Assembly: GCA_000165345.1 (NCBI GenBank)
Contig: CM000431.1
Coordinates: forward strand, 32,001-96,000
Direction of reading: 5' to 3'
DNA: 64,000 nucleotides
Shown here piece after piece: positions 54,870 through 64,000 of the stretch. Both the position numbers and the translations under genes were made by a program. Below the pieces are notes generated by a model that saw nothing but the letters and a program-made list of their open reading frames with translations, made no database searches and had not been told where the DNA came from. The first letter of the stretch is position 1. Every line of letters begins with the position of its first letter.

Positions 54870-56346
54870 CTAATTCTTAGGATTGTTACTAGAGTTATGG
54901 TGGTAATTGTTGCCTGCTTGCCTGTTGGAATTCTTATTATTGAACTTTGAAGAATTTTGTGAAAAGTTCTGGCCCTGAGGCTGATTAATTTGCTTCCACT
55001 TTTCAATAGAGATTTCCATACCTCCAAGGTAAAGGCCATTATTTAAAAGGGTTTTGCAAGAAAACTCTGAATCCAATTCAATAATACCCCAATGCCTACC
55101 ACTAACTCTGGCTCTCTCAATATCAATTACATATCCTCCTCCATGTACCTTAAGTTGGTTCAAAACAGCCTCTCTGATCTGATCATCAGATATATTAGTA
55201 GGAAGTGAGTGCACAAAGATTTTGCGCTTATTTTTTGCTTCCTTTAGAGATTTTGGATCTTTTTGAGTACTTGTTTTTTTTGTCGAACCATTTTGAGATG
55301 CTGTCTTATTCTTATCCTCAGTTGGAACGTGGATTGCATACCCCTTAACCTTATTTCCATTCTTCAATGCTCCCCCCATAAGCTTTCCTGCATAGCTCGT
55401 GACTTCATATTTATGGGGATTAGAACGGTTAATATTAGCGTTATTCTTTGCATTAAGTGAATCAGTATAGTTTACTGGATCCAAAGGTGAAGGAGATGAT
55501 GCCGATGAAGTATTAGCAGCAGCATTATTGGATGTTGTATTAGGAGCGGAAGTACTAGCATTATTACTACTATTATTACTAGTATTAGCAGCAGTAGAAC
55601 TGGAAACCTTTTTCTGAGATTCAGCATTGGAATCAGTATTTGCATGGGCACCCACTGTTGCCACTGATTGACTTTTATTATCATCATCCTCTTTGGGTCC
55701 AGTGGCATGTTTATTAACTTCCTTGTTATGTTCATCATTGCATTGTACCTTACTTGAATGATGTTGTTCTTTCTGGGATTTATTAGTCTCAAAACCCGAG
55801 TCATGAGATTTTTTCCCACTATTCTTAGCTACTCCAGAATCATTATTTGCAATTTTAGCTGTATTCTGAACGCTTTGTTTAAGTGGTAACTCAGAATCAA
55901 TAAATATGAGGCAATCGTTCCTAATAAAATACCACCTTGGGCGAATTTCAGTTAAAAGGAAGTTTTGAACAAAACTTTTTCCAACACTCTCTCCCTCCCC
56001 AATATACATTCTTCCTTTAGCTGTAATGCACAAAGAATTATTGATGGATTTTGAGCATTCAAGCACCTCAACATAAGTTGTACAGTTACTTAAGTCTAAA
56101 AGATTTATTGCAGAACGAATCTTTTCTTTTGTCTCTGCTCTAATTGCAGATTGTGGGTTAAAAGAGCTATCCATAACTTCAGAACGATTCCCCACCCATG
56201 TTAAATATCCAGAGTCGTGATAAAGTTCATATAGGGTTGAGGGGTCCTTCTTCAGACGACTGTAGAACTCTGTTACAAAAAAGTCTGCAATCTTTGATGC
56301 ATTGCAAGTACTGCTATTATTTGTACCTTCTGTCATACTCAGAACT
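54870..56346 (-). CDS. G3BP-like RNA-binding protein (NTF2-like domain + RRM + Asn-rich tail), about 492 aa from the ATG at 56346
   Basis: NTF2-like N-terminus (KIADFFVTEFYSRLKKDPSTLYELYHDSGYLTWVG...FVQNFLLTEIRPRWYFIRNDCLIFID). Acidic and S/T/N-rich middle. C-terminal RRM-like fold (RKIFVHSLPTNISDDQIREAVLNQLKVHGGGYVIDIE...). The Asn-rich tail resembles an RGG region. The track start at 56354 is a TTG; the first ATG is MTEGTNN. Confidence 0.65.
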
Positions 56347-57198
56347 TGTCTCAATTAATTTTGTATTTGAGATTTATAATAAATTATATTGCTTACCAAC
56401 CTTATTGGTATTCTTTAAAGAAAATGTGACTCCTCATTCTTTACCGATTATTTTAATATAGACGTGAAAAAATTTAATAACTTATGCTTAAATATTATTT
56501 ATATATATTTTAATATTTAATAAATATATATTCATGGCGGCACACAATATTCTCTTTTTAATAAATAAATATTTAATTTTTCCATACATTTTCCCTCCAA
56601 ATAATGTTTATTTTCTTTATTTATTCTTAAATAATTTAAGTTCGTTTAATGCGATCCTTTCTTTTCTAATTAAAGCTTGATTAATCATTTTTAATAGACT
56701 TTTTGTTGAAACATGAAAAAAAAGTTGTAATCTTAATACATTTAGTGTACTAACTACAGTACTAATTCAAATTTCTTGGCTCACACACTTCAAATCCATT
56801 TTTTTCTACTATGTGGGTTAAATATAATTTCCAAAGTTGCTTTAATTCTATATGGATTTTAGTAAACTTGGAGGAAAAAAAAAATATTTAGTCCAATATA
56901 CATCCTTAAACCTATTACTGATTTAGAACGGCTTATAATACACAATATGGAAACTAACCATTTAATTCATATACTTAGAAAGAGAAATTCAAAGAAATGA
57001 TTAAATCTTTAAAGGAAAAAGAGCTATTATTTTTATTTTGAGTAGTAAATTAGAAAAATAAAAAAACAAATGATTTCTTTATTAAAATAAAAATATCATT
57101 TATATATTTTTGCTAAGCTCCATTTGCTATTTTATATTAAGATTAATTATAGTTTTTAGTACCGGTATTGCAATTTTCAATTTTTATTTTTATTTTTT

Positions 57199-57248
57199 TT
57201 GCATGTAGCAATGATCAATAAATGCATGCAGGGGGACAATTGCATGTG
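57199..57248. promoter_or_regulatory. Promoter elements upstream of the RCC1-repeat gene: TTGCATGTAGC, AATGCATGCAGGGGG, ATTGCATGTGG
   Basis: Three GCATG-core motifs, one followed by a G5 box, lie 370-420 bp upstream of the ATG at 57618. Confidence 0.45.
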
Positions 57249-57282
57249 GACACCAAAAATAAATTGATTAAAAAAAAAAAAA

Positions 57283-57330
<48 letters not shown>

Positions 57331-57617
57331 ATATAGAGATTAAGCTTTAATAAAAATTTAATGCATCATTAATAGATAATATAAAAAAAATTAAAAGTAA
57401 AGGATTAAACAAAGTTCAGAAAGGAAAAAGGTCAATTTTAAGTAAAAATTTGAGTGCAGAGTTGAAACTATTTCAAGATTATTAAGATAAACAAACAATC
57501 GTAAATAAATAACAATAATACAAGTTTATGAAGTCAAAGATAGAGGAAAATTAATTAAGATGAATAATAGTTTTGATTTTAAAAATAGAAGAAATTGCTA
57601 AAAAATAAATATTTGAA

Positions 57618-60600
57618 ATGTATGCAACACAGGACCAAAGTCAACTACCAGATGTTCCTGATTTCATTAAGAATGAAGTAAAAAAGAATGCTTTTAAAAA
57701 ACAGGGAGGAGACTCACTGGGAGGTCATTCATTTACAAGAGCAGCTTCAAGCTTGAATCATTATTTTATAGTAGCAAAATTAAAAAACAAAGGCCAGCTT
57801 TATGCTTGGGGTGTAAACACAAATAATGTTTTAGGTTTGGGTATAGAAAATGGAGAATTTAATTTTCCTATGAAAGTGAACTTCTTTTCAGCGTTGGAGG
57901 TATTCCAAGTAAGCTGTGGTTATTCTCACACGGCTGTCCTAGTAAAAGGAATTTCAGAAGCATCAGGAAGAGTATATACTATGGGACTTGGAGATAGAGG
58001 GAGATTAGGATACACCAGAGGCTATACAGAATTTGGAAACGAGCATGATAAGAATGATTTGAATGAGTCTTGGTATACTCCAGTTCCTTGCATTGTAAAT
58101 TTTCCATTCAATGCAAAGATTAGTAGAATTTCTTGTGGAGCAAACCATAGCTTGGCTTTATCAGATTCGGGACTAGTATTTGCATGGGGAATAGGACAGT
58201 ATGGGTGTTTAGGAACTGGAGAACTTAATGATGTATATTCTCCCGTCAAAATTGAGGCTGGGCCAACAGATAAGAAAGTACTACATATAGCAGCAGGAGC
58301 AAGACATTCATTATGTTGTAATGAAGATGGACAAGTTTTTGCTTGGGGAAGCAATTCAAATGGGAGACTTGGTACCGGTGGATCTTATGGAATGAAGACT
58401 GTCCCAACCCAAATAAAGTCTTTGAGTCAATATCACATAACTTTAGTCGCTGCAGGAGAGTCACATAGTGGATGCATTGATAGTTTTGGCTATATATATA
58501 CTTGGGGGAATGGTGGAAGTGGTAAACTTGGTCATGGAACTCAATCTGATTGCAATATTCCAAGAAGAATTGAGGGAATCAGCTCATTACCTTTTGTGCA
58601 GTTAACACTTGGAGCATTTAATTCAATGGCATTATCTCAATCTGGAGAAGTTTATATTTGGGGAGCAAAACAACATGAAATCATATCACTTCCTACTAAG
58701 ATAGATGCTTTTGATTCACACATTTGCCATATTAATTCTGGTCCGTATATTTCCTTTGCCATGGATGTAAGGCATAATATATATCTATGGAATAACAGAC
58801 TACTAGTCAATTCAAAAAAATCTGAAGCATTGAATGCCAGTGAGGAACAATTATATAAGAGAATGAATAGTAAAAACCCCGTATTGCTTCCATTTTTTCA
58901 AAGTAAAGCTTTTGTTGATGATTGCATTTTTTATATGGGATTTAATCTAGTTGATTATAAAGGAAATAAGGTATCTTATGAACCAAAGTCAGAAGGAGGC
59001 TTGTTTTCAGTGAACAGAATATATAAATCAAATGGATCTTCGGAAATTGGATCATTAGTTGGTTCCCAAATTCCTTCATGGTCTGTTAGACAAATTGCTT
59101 GTGGCACATCGCATACTTTGCTATTAGTTTACGGTGGTACCATATTTGCGTGGGGAGATAACAAATACGGACAGCTTGGAGTTGATACAAGAAGGAGAAA
59201 ATCTCAAAACGGTGACAAAAATGAATCTTTCCTGAATGAACCTACTGAAATCAAGTTTTCAGAGCCTATTAGAAGAGTTGCATGTGGATCATGGCATAGT
59301 CTTTGCTGCGATATCAAAGGTAATTGCTTCTCATGGGGAAGAGGTGACAGAGGCCAACTGGGAACTGGAGCTATACGTAATTTGTACGAACCAGCAGGAA
59401 TTGTCACTTTAAAGAATGTTATTGAAGTAGCTGGGGGAGAGCTTTATAGTGCATGCATTGTTGCATGCATTACTACAGGAAATAAGGATCTTGACACGAT
59501 TAACTCAGGTGACCTCTGGATTTGGGGTGATGGAGATCTTGGAAAGTTAGGACTAGGAGATCATGTATTAAAATCGTGTATTGCAGCTCCAAGACATTTA
59601 AATCTGGGCACTCCAATCATAAAGGTAGCTTTAGGATCTTCACACACTTTGGTTTTAACAGCTTCAGGAGAACTAATTACTTGGGGAGCTGGATATTATG
59701 GACGTCTTGGAACCAATAGTACCAAAAGTCATTCAAATCCTATTAAAATCAGGTTTCCAATTAAAGGAGTTCAAATTGTTGATATTGCTGTTGGATCTTA
59801 TCATTCTATGGCAGTTTCATCTCTTGGAGACTTATGGGTTTGGGGTAAGGCAGAAAATGTTCTTTCTGAGAAAGACGTTCTCACACCCTACATTTTTGCT
59901 AAATTAGAATCACCTTCAGGAGTTCCGAGAATATACTCTATTCATGCTTTTGGAGATGTTTCCTATGCAATTACTCAGTCTGGAGTTTTGTGGATTTGGG
60001 GACCCGAAAATTCAGAAACTGAAAATATTCAAGGCTTAGAATCCAGCATTAAGATCAAGTCTCATACAGGTAGGGCTGAAATGATACTACTACCAGGAAA
60101 TGCAATAGGAGTTTCTGGAAGTACAACACACCATGTTTGTTTGTTGGCATCAGGAGAGGTTGTATCTTGGGGAGATCCCTCCAGAGGTAAATTGGGACAG
60201 CAAGATATTAGAAATAAAAAGTATATTGAAGATCCTACACTAGTAATACAAAAGTGGAATGACGCAAAGAATATGTTAGATTCAGTAGGCAAAGGAGATT
60301 CATCTGCTGGACTAGCAACTGATAAGAAGAAGAACTATACAAAGGATGAGGGAGTTACTACAATTGAAGAGCTTGAAGCATTTATGGGAGAGTTAACAAG
60401 TAACTCCGTACATTTTTCAAAGAAAGCAAAATCATTCGAATATGTACAAAGCTTACTGCATAAAGAAGATCCTCGTACTAGAAAGGATTCTATTTCTTTG
60501 CTTGAAGAAGACTTAGTTGTATTGTTTTCCTCTCATATTGAATACTTCAGGAAAATGAAGGAAGAAGAAGAGAGGCTCAGATATTTAATTTTTCTAGCTG

Positions 60601-63254
60601 AAGTACAAATGAGAAGACTCATTAATATGATTCAATCAGCAAATTCCAACAGCTTTATATTCATTGAAGATAACTACTATAGGAATATTTATGGGGATTA
60701 TTTTAATAGCTTCATACTCAAGTATATGTCAATGATAGAATATATATTTGCGATTCTAAGAACACAACCATTATATATTATTAACTTAATGCTGGAGTGC
60801 AGTTTTGGAGAAGAGTTTATCTCCATTCTAAATTGTTTGTATGGATTATTTCCTCCTCAGTTAGAATATGTTGAAGTTTTTGAAACAAAAAATTTCCATG
60901 GGTTAAACGATTCTTTGATTATGCTCGAAATCATTGGAGAAATATTATGTAAAAGAGAATTACAGGAAGCTTTTAGTACAAATGACGTTTTTTGGCCTGG
61001 GAAATCAAAGTTTCTCTACTATTTAAGTTCTGTTGTGTTAAGAGGTCCAGATCTAAGAAGCCTAGTACAGAATCTACTTGATATATATACTCCTACTTCT
61101 TTGGTTTCTGTTATTGCAAAGTTTCCAAAAGAGGTTCTATTGGTTTTGGACTCCTCCTGCCTTGCTCAATATTTAGGAATAAGTCCAAATGATGAGTCTT
61201 TGCCAAAACATTATTTAAATATGGTCAAGTTTGCTGAAGTTGCTTTATTGGTGGGAATATCTGAGAATATTAATAAAAATATAAAATTCCCGAGGATATT
61301 GGAGAGGTTGTTGTATAAGGCATGTAAATTAGTCAATCTCATGGAAATTCCATCATTCAATCCTCTTTTAGATTATAAACAACAAAAAGACCAAGCAATA
61401 CAGCAACCTCTTATAAGATTACTTTTATATGGAATAATACTTCCAATATTGGAACAATGCAATGCTTATTGTACATATTTCTATTTTCCTCTAATTACAG
61501 ATATGAGAATAATGTCCTCAATTCAGCTTTTGGCTCATTCTATCAAAATATTTCTTGCAGGATACTTAAATCAAACTTCTAGTTCTCAGGGATTCTTATG
61601 GATCAATTCCTTAATCAGCTTCTCTAGTTCAATTACTATTAAGATATCAGAAATGGTTAATGAACAAAAAGATGTAACAGATTTATCTTTAACCTATCTC
61701 TCATATAATTCACAGTATTCATTACACTCTGATAATTACCATGTAGTATTAAATCTGGTTGATATCATGGTTATGATTAATTCTATTCAAAAGTATAAGA
61801 ATTTCCTAAGATTAAATTTAATGGATCCTGTCATTAATTCTGTTGAATACTTTTCAAGAAGAGACAAATTATCAATACCTTTTTTTCCTTTAGAGTTTAT
61901 TAATCTGGTAAAAAATGTGAATCTACTGCCAAATTCTGATGGAGGAGGAGTTTTTGTTTCTATTCGAATAAGTCCAAGATGGATTATAAATAATGATGTA
62001 CGCCAAAGCAGAATTTCAAATTATCTAAGAGTTAGTAATATTTCTAGTAATATAGAAATAGAAAACTCGAATAGAAGAGCAAACAGAAAATTCTATGATT
62101 TAGATGAACAAAACTATGATGAAATAAGAGATGAAGAAAATACATGTCTTCCTCCATTAGATACTTCGATGATGTTTTGTCCACTTACAAAAATTGGGAT
62201 GTCACAATCTTTATTACCTAGATTTGAAGCAAATGTTAGAAAATCGAATGGAATATCAGAGTTTGGATTATTTATTAGGTATTTTGAGATACCTGATAAA
62301 AGGAGAGCGATTGAGAAAGGTCTATTAATGTTACCTATAATTACAGCTAGAACAATGTTTGAGTTACTTGAAACTGTTGATGAATATATTGAACAATTTA
62401 AAAGAAAAGAAAATGATAAAAGACAATATGAGCAGTTATCATTCATGTTAGAATTCAGAAAAGTTGTTGAAGAGTTAATGCTTAATTATCAAGATTCCAT
62501 TACACCATTATTAATATGGATTACTAATGAAATAATGGATAGAATTAAACATAGAGCCTATTTAGAACATTTACTTGAAATTGAGGAGAAACTAAGAGAT
62601 AAGAGGAAGTGGTATAAAGACCAATTAAATGAATGGGAAGATGTTATTGAAAAATCAGTCATAAACATGACATTATGGGGGTACAAAGACACTGAATTGA
62701 TTAATTTGCTAAATAGATATTACAAAAACAATATAAATACTACGATGAAGCAAATGGAAAATGTTCTGTATAATACAATGATAAGTGGGTACTATGCAGG
62801 CGAAGATGACTTAACAATGATTAAGAATGGAAATTATATTACAACTGATATTATTAAAAAAAGTATAACATTACCATTCTTATGTTTTCCATTAAGTATA
62901 TTTATTATGAACAATGTAATAAAGATTAAGAGTGATGAGAAAATCTTTAATTTATTTGAGTCACAAAGAAAAACTATGATGAATTTCTTCAGAAGAACAG
63001 CTCAAATGAATAATTGGACAATATTTATTACTTTTACTCCTACATTGGGTCTTGATTGTATAATCACAACAAGTAGATCAGGCTACAAAATTCAAAGTTC
63101 ATTTGAACAAAGAATTATTTGTAAGTTCTATATTACTCCAGACCAAGTAAAGAAAGCAAAGTTTTCAAATTTCCTTTATACGAGACTTTATTCTAATGGA
63201 TTAGTTGAAGTAAATCTACCAAGTTTTGTTTCTTATGTTTATTCCCAAATATAA
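57618..63254 (+). CDS. Giant RCC1-repeat protein, 1878 aa. About 800 aa of RCC1/beta-propeller blades are followed by a ~1050-aa C-terminal region of unknown function
   Basis: At least 12 RCC1-type blade signatures are present: YAWGVNTNNVLGLG, YTMGLGDRGRLGY, FAWGIGQYGCLGTG, FAWGSNSNGRLGTG, YTWGNGGSGKLGHG, FAWGDNKYGQLGVD, FSWGRGDRGQLGTG, WIWGDGDLGKLGLGD, ITWGAGYYGRLGTN, VSWGDPSRGKLGQQ. ATG at 57618. Confidence 0.85.
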   Translation: MYATQDQSQLPDVPDFIKNEVKKNAFKKQGGDSLGGHSFTRAASSLNHYFIVAKLKNKGQLYAWGVNTNNVLGLGIENGEFNFPMKVNFFSALEVFQVSCGYSHTAVLVKGISEASGRVYTMGLGDRGRLGYTRGYTEFGNEHDKNDLNESWYTPVPCIVNFPFNAKISRISCGANHSLALSDSGLVFAWGIGQYGCLGTGELNDVYSPVKIEAGPTDKKVLHIAAGARHSLCCNEDGQVFAWGSNSNGRLGTGGSYGMKTVPTQIKSLSQYHITLVAAGESHSGCIDSFGYIYTWGNGGSGKLGHGTQSDCNIPRRIEGISSLPFVQLTLGAFNSMALSQSGEVYIWGAKQHEIISLPTKIDAFDSHICHINSGPYISFAMDVRHNIYLWNNRLLVNSKKSEALNASEEQLYKRMNSKNPVLLPFFQSKAFVDDCIFYMGFNLVDYKGNKVSYEPKSEGGLFSVNRIYKSNGSSEIGSLVGSQIPSWSVRQIACGTSHTLLLVYGGTIFAWGDNKYGQLGVDTRRRKSQNGDKNESFLNEPTEIKFSEPIRRVACGSWHSLCCDIKGNCFSWGRGDRGQLGTGAIRNLYEPAGIVTLKNVIEVAGGELYSACIVACITTGNKDLDTINSGDLWIWGDGDLGKLGLGDHVLKSCIAAPRHLNLGTPIIKVALGSSHTLVLTASGELITWGAGYYGRLGTNSTKSHSNPIKIRFPIKGVQIVDIAVGSYHSMAVSSLGDLWVWGKAENVLSEKDVLTPYIFAKLESPSGVPRIYSIHAFGDVSYAITQSGVLWIWGPENSETENIQGLESSIKIKSHTGRAEMILLPGNAIGVSGSTTHHVCLLASGEVVSWGDPSRGKLGQQDIRNKKYIEDPTLVIQKWNDAKNMLDSVGKGDSSAGLATDKKKNYTKDEGVTTIEELEAFMGELTSNSVHFSKKAKSFEYVQSLLHKEDPRTRKDSISLLEEDLVVLFSSHIEYFRKMKEEEERLRYLIFLAEVQMRRLINMIQSANSNSFIFIEDNYYRNIYGDYFNSFILKYMSMIEYIFAILRTQPLYIINLMLECSFGEEFISILNCLYGLFPPQLEYVEVFETKNFHGLNDSLIMLEIIGEILCKRELQEAFSTNDVFWPGKSKFLYYLSSVVLRGPDLRSLVQNLLDIYTPTSLVSVIAKFPKEVLLVLDSSCLAQYLGISPNDESLPKHYLNMVKFAEVALLVGISENINKNIKFPRILERLLYKACKLVNLMEIPSFNPLLDYKQQKDQAIQQPLIRLLLYGIILPILEQCNAYCTYFYFPLITDMRIMSSIQLLAHSIKIFLAGYLNQTSSSQGFLWINSLISFSSSITIKISEMVNEQKDVTDLSLTYLSYNSQYSLHSDNYHVVLNLVDIMVMINSIQKYKNFLRLNLMDPVINSVEYFSRRDKLSIPFFPLEFINLVKNVNLLPNSDGGGVFVSIRISPRWIINNDVRQSRISNYLRVSNISSNIEIENSNRRANRKFYDLDEQNYDEIRDEENTCLPPLDTSMMFCPLTKIGMSQSLLPRFEANVRKSNGISEFGLFIRYFEIPDKRRAIEKGLLMLPIITARTMFELLETVDEYIEQFKRKENDKRQYEQLSFMLEFRKVVEELMLNYQDSITPLLIWITNEIMDRIKHRAYLEHLLEIEEKLRDKRKWYKDQLNEWEDVIEKSVINMTLWGYKDTELINLLNRYYKNNINTTMKQMENVLYNTMISGYYAGEDDLTMIKNGNYITTDIIKKSITLPFLCFPLSIFIMNNVIKIKSDEKIFNLFESQRKTMMNFFRRTAQMNNWTIFITFTPTLGLDCIITTSRSGYKIQSSFEQRIICKFYITPDQVKKAKFSNFLYTRLYSNGLVEVNLPSFVSYVYSQI

Positions 63255-63290
63255 ATCCGTTTAATGTATTAAATCAATTAAATAAAAAAT

Positions 63291-64000
63291 CTAAAATAAT
63301 ATAATTCCAACATTTGAAGGTGAAATTTGAGGTATCTTCCAATTAAACACATAATATCTTAATCTACCGGTACCGATAATAAATTTACTATCTTGAATAA
63401 CTTGTAAATTTTGCATCAGATCCAATGTATTAAAAGCATCACAATTATTATTTTTGGCAGTAATAAGCATTTCATTGAACAATTCTTTTAATGAGCAGGT
63501 ATTTGCAATATTGAAGTATGAATATGCAATATTAATAGTTGGAAATCTTTCATTATTGATGACAGTGGATTCTATTATAAAGAAGCTAAACAAGTCAGTA
63601 ATTTCTTTATTTTTATTTTCTCGAACATAAGTTACAATAACTTTATCAATATTCGTGAAATAATGTTTAACATCTTCAACATTAAAGCATTGATGAATTG
63701 TGATTTTGTCTTGCAAATCTTCAATCTTATCCAGCTTCATATATGCTTGTTTTCCAAGCTCTTTTGAATGGTTAATTTCATCATAGTTTATCAGATTATT
63801 CATGGTTTCGTTGCTGACATCTTTATATTTCATAAAGTAATTTTCGAATAATTTACAGATTTGTTCTGCATCAGAATCTACGGAGGGTCTAAACCCTTCA
63901 ATTCTTTTATCAGCAGGAATACGATGATATTTAATTAAAGAGCTCATGGTCATATTTCTTGGGATTCCAATAAAACCAGCTTCTAATAATTTCTTTACAT
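63291..64000 (-). CDS. NMT: Glycylpeptide N-tetradecanoyltransferase (N-myristoyltransferase), C-terminal about 236 aa. The 5' part lies beyond the window end
   Basis: [21 protein letters not shown] matches human NMT [38 protein letters not shown] matches [28 protein letters not shown] matches DVFNALDLMEN. The C-terminal [31 protein letters not shown] matches [31 protein letters not shown]. The frame is open from 63998 upstream of the track 'M'. Confidence 0.85.
   Translation of the reverse strand, partial: [235 protein letters not shown]

Overview
Eukaryotic, AT-rich (roughly 30-33% GC) and gene-dense nuclear DNA. I see no prokaryotic operons, CRISPR, rRNA or convincing tRNA. Most genes are long uninterrupted ORFs, but at least three genes carry short introns (54-412 nt, GTAAGT/GTATGT donors, YAG acceptors) that the six-frame track splits or truncates. 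The gene content points to an apicomplexan, most plausibly a Cryptosporidium-like genome from a draft assembly with a 500-N scaffold gap. This is inference from sequence, not a database result. The evidence is: a kelch-phosphatase (PPKL) and a CDPK-like kinase, which are plant/alveolate-specific families; a secreted Thr-repeat mucin with a C-terminal EGF module; and a recurring promoter grammar of E2F-like TTTGGCGGGAAA/TTGGCGCC and (T)GCATGC(A) motifs in nearly every 5' intergenic region. Genes I can name from conserved residues are TBCD (5'-truncated by the window), Rrp36, a Qb-SNARE, a CCCH+WD40 protein, a CLU-domain giant protein, PPP4R2, PPKL, a CDPK-like kinase, a Ski2/Mtr4-like DSHCT helicase, a G3BP-like NTF2+RRM protein, a giant RCC1-repeat protein and NMT (5'-truncated by the window end). 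Several large ORFs have no family I can recognise. Features that gene models do not explain: (1) a ~720-bp 36-bp-unit minisatellite with a ~270-bp higher-order period and 19-bp flanking direct repeats, preceded by telomere-like G/T-rich sequence; (2) a ~2-kb island of ~15% GC made of (AAT)n arrays that encodes a poly-Asn protein and ends in the assembly gap; (3) a frameshift inside the mucin repeat array. The ORF track labels TTG/GTG codons as M in several cases (TBCD, PPKL pieces, G3BP), so those N-termini should not be taken literally.
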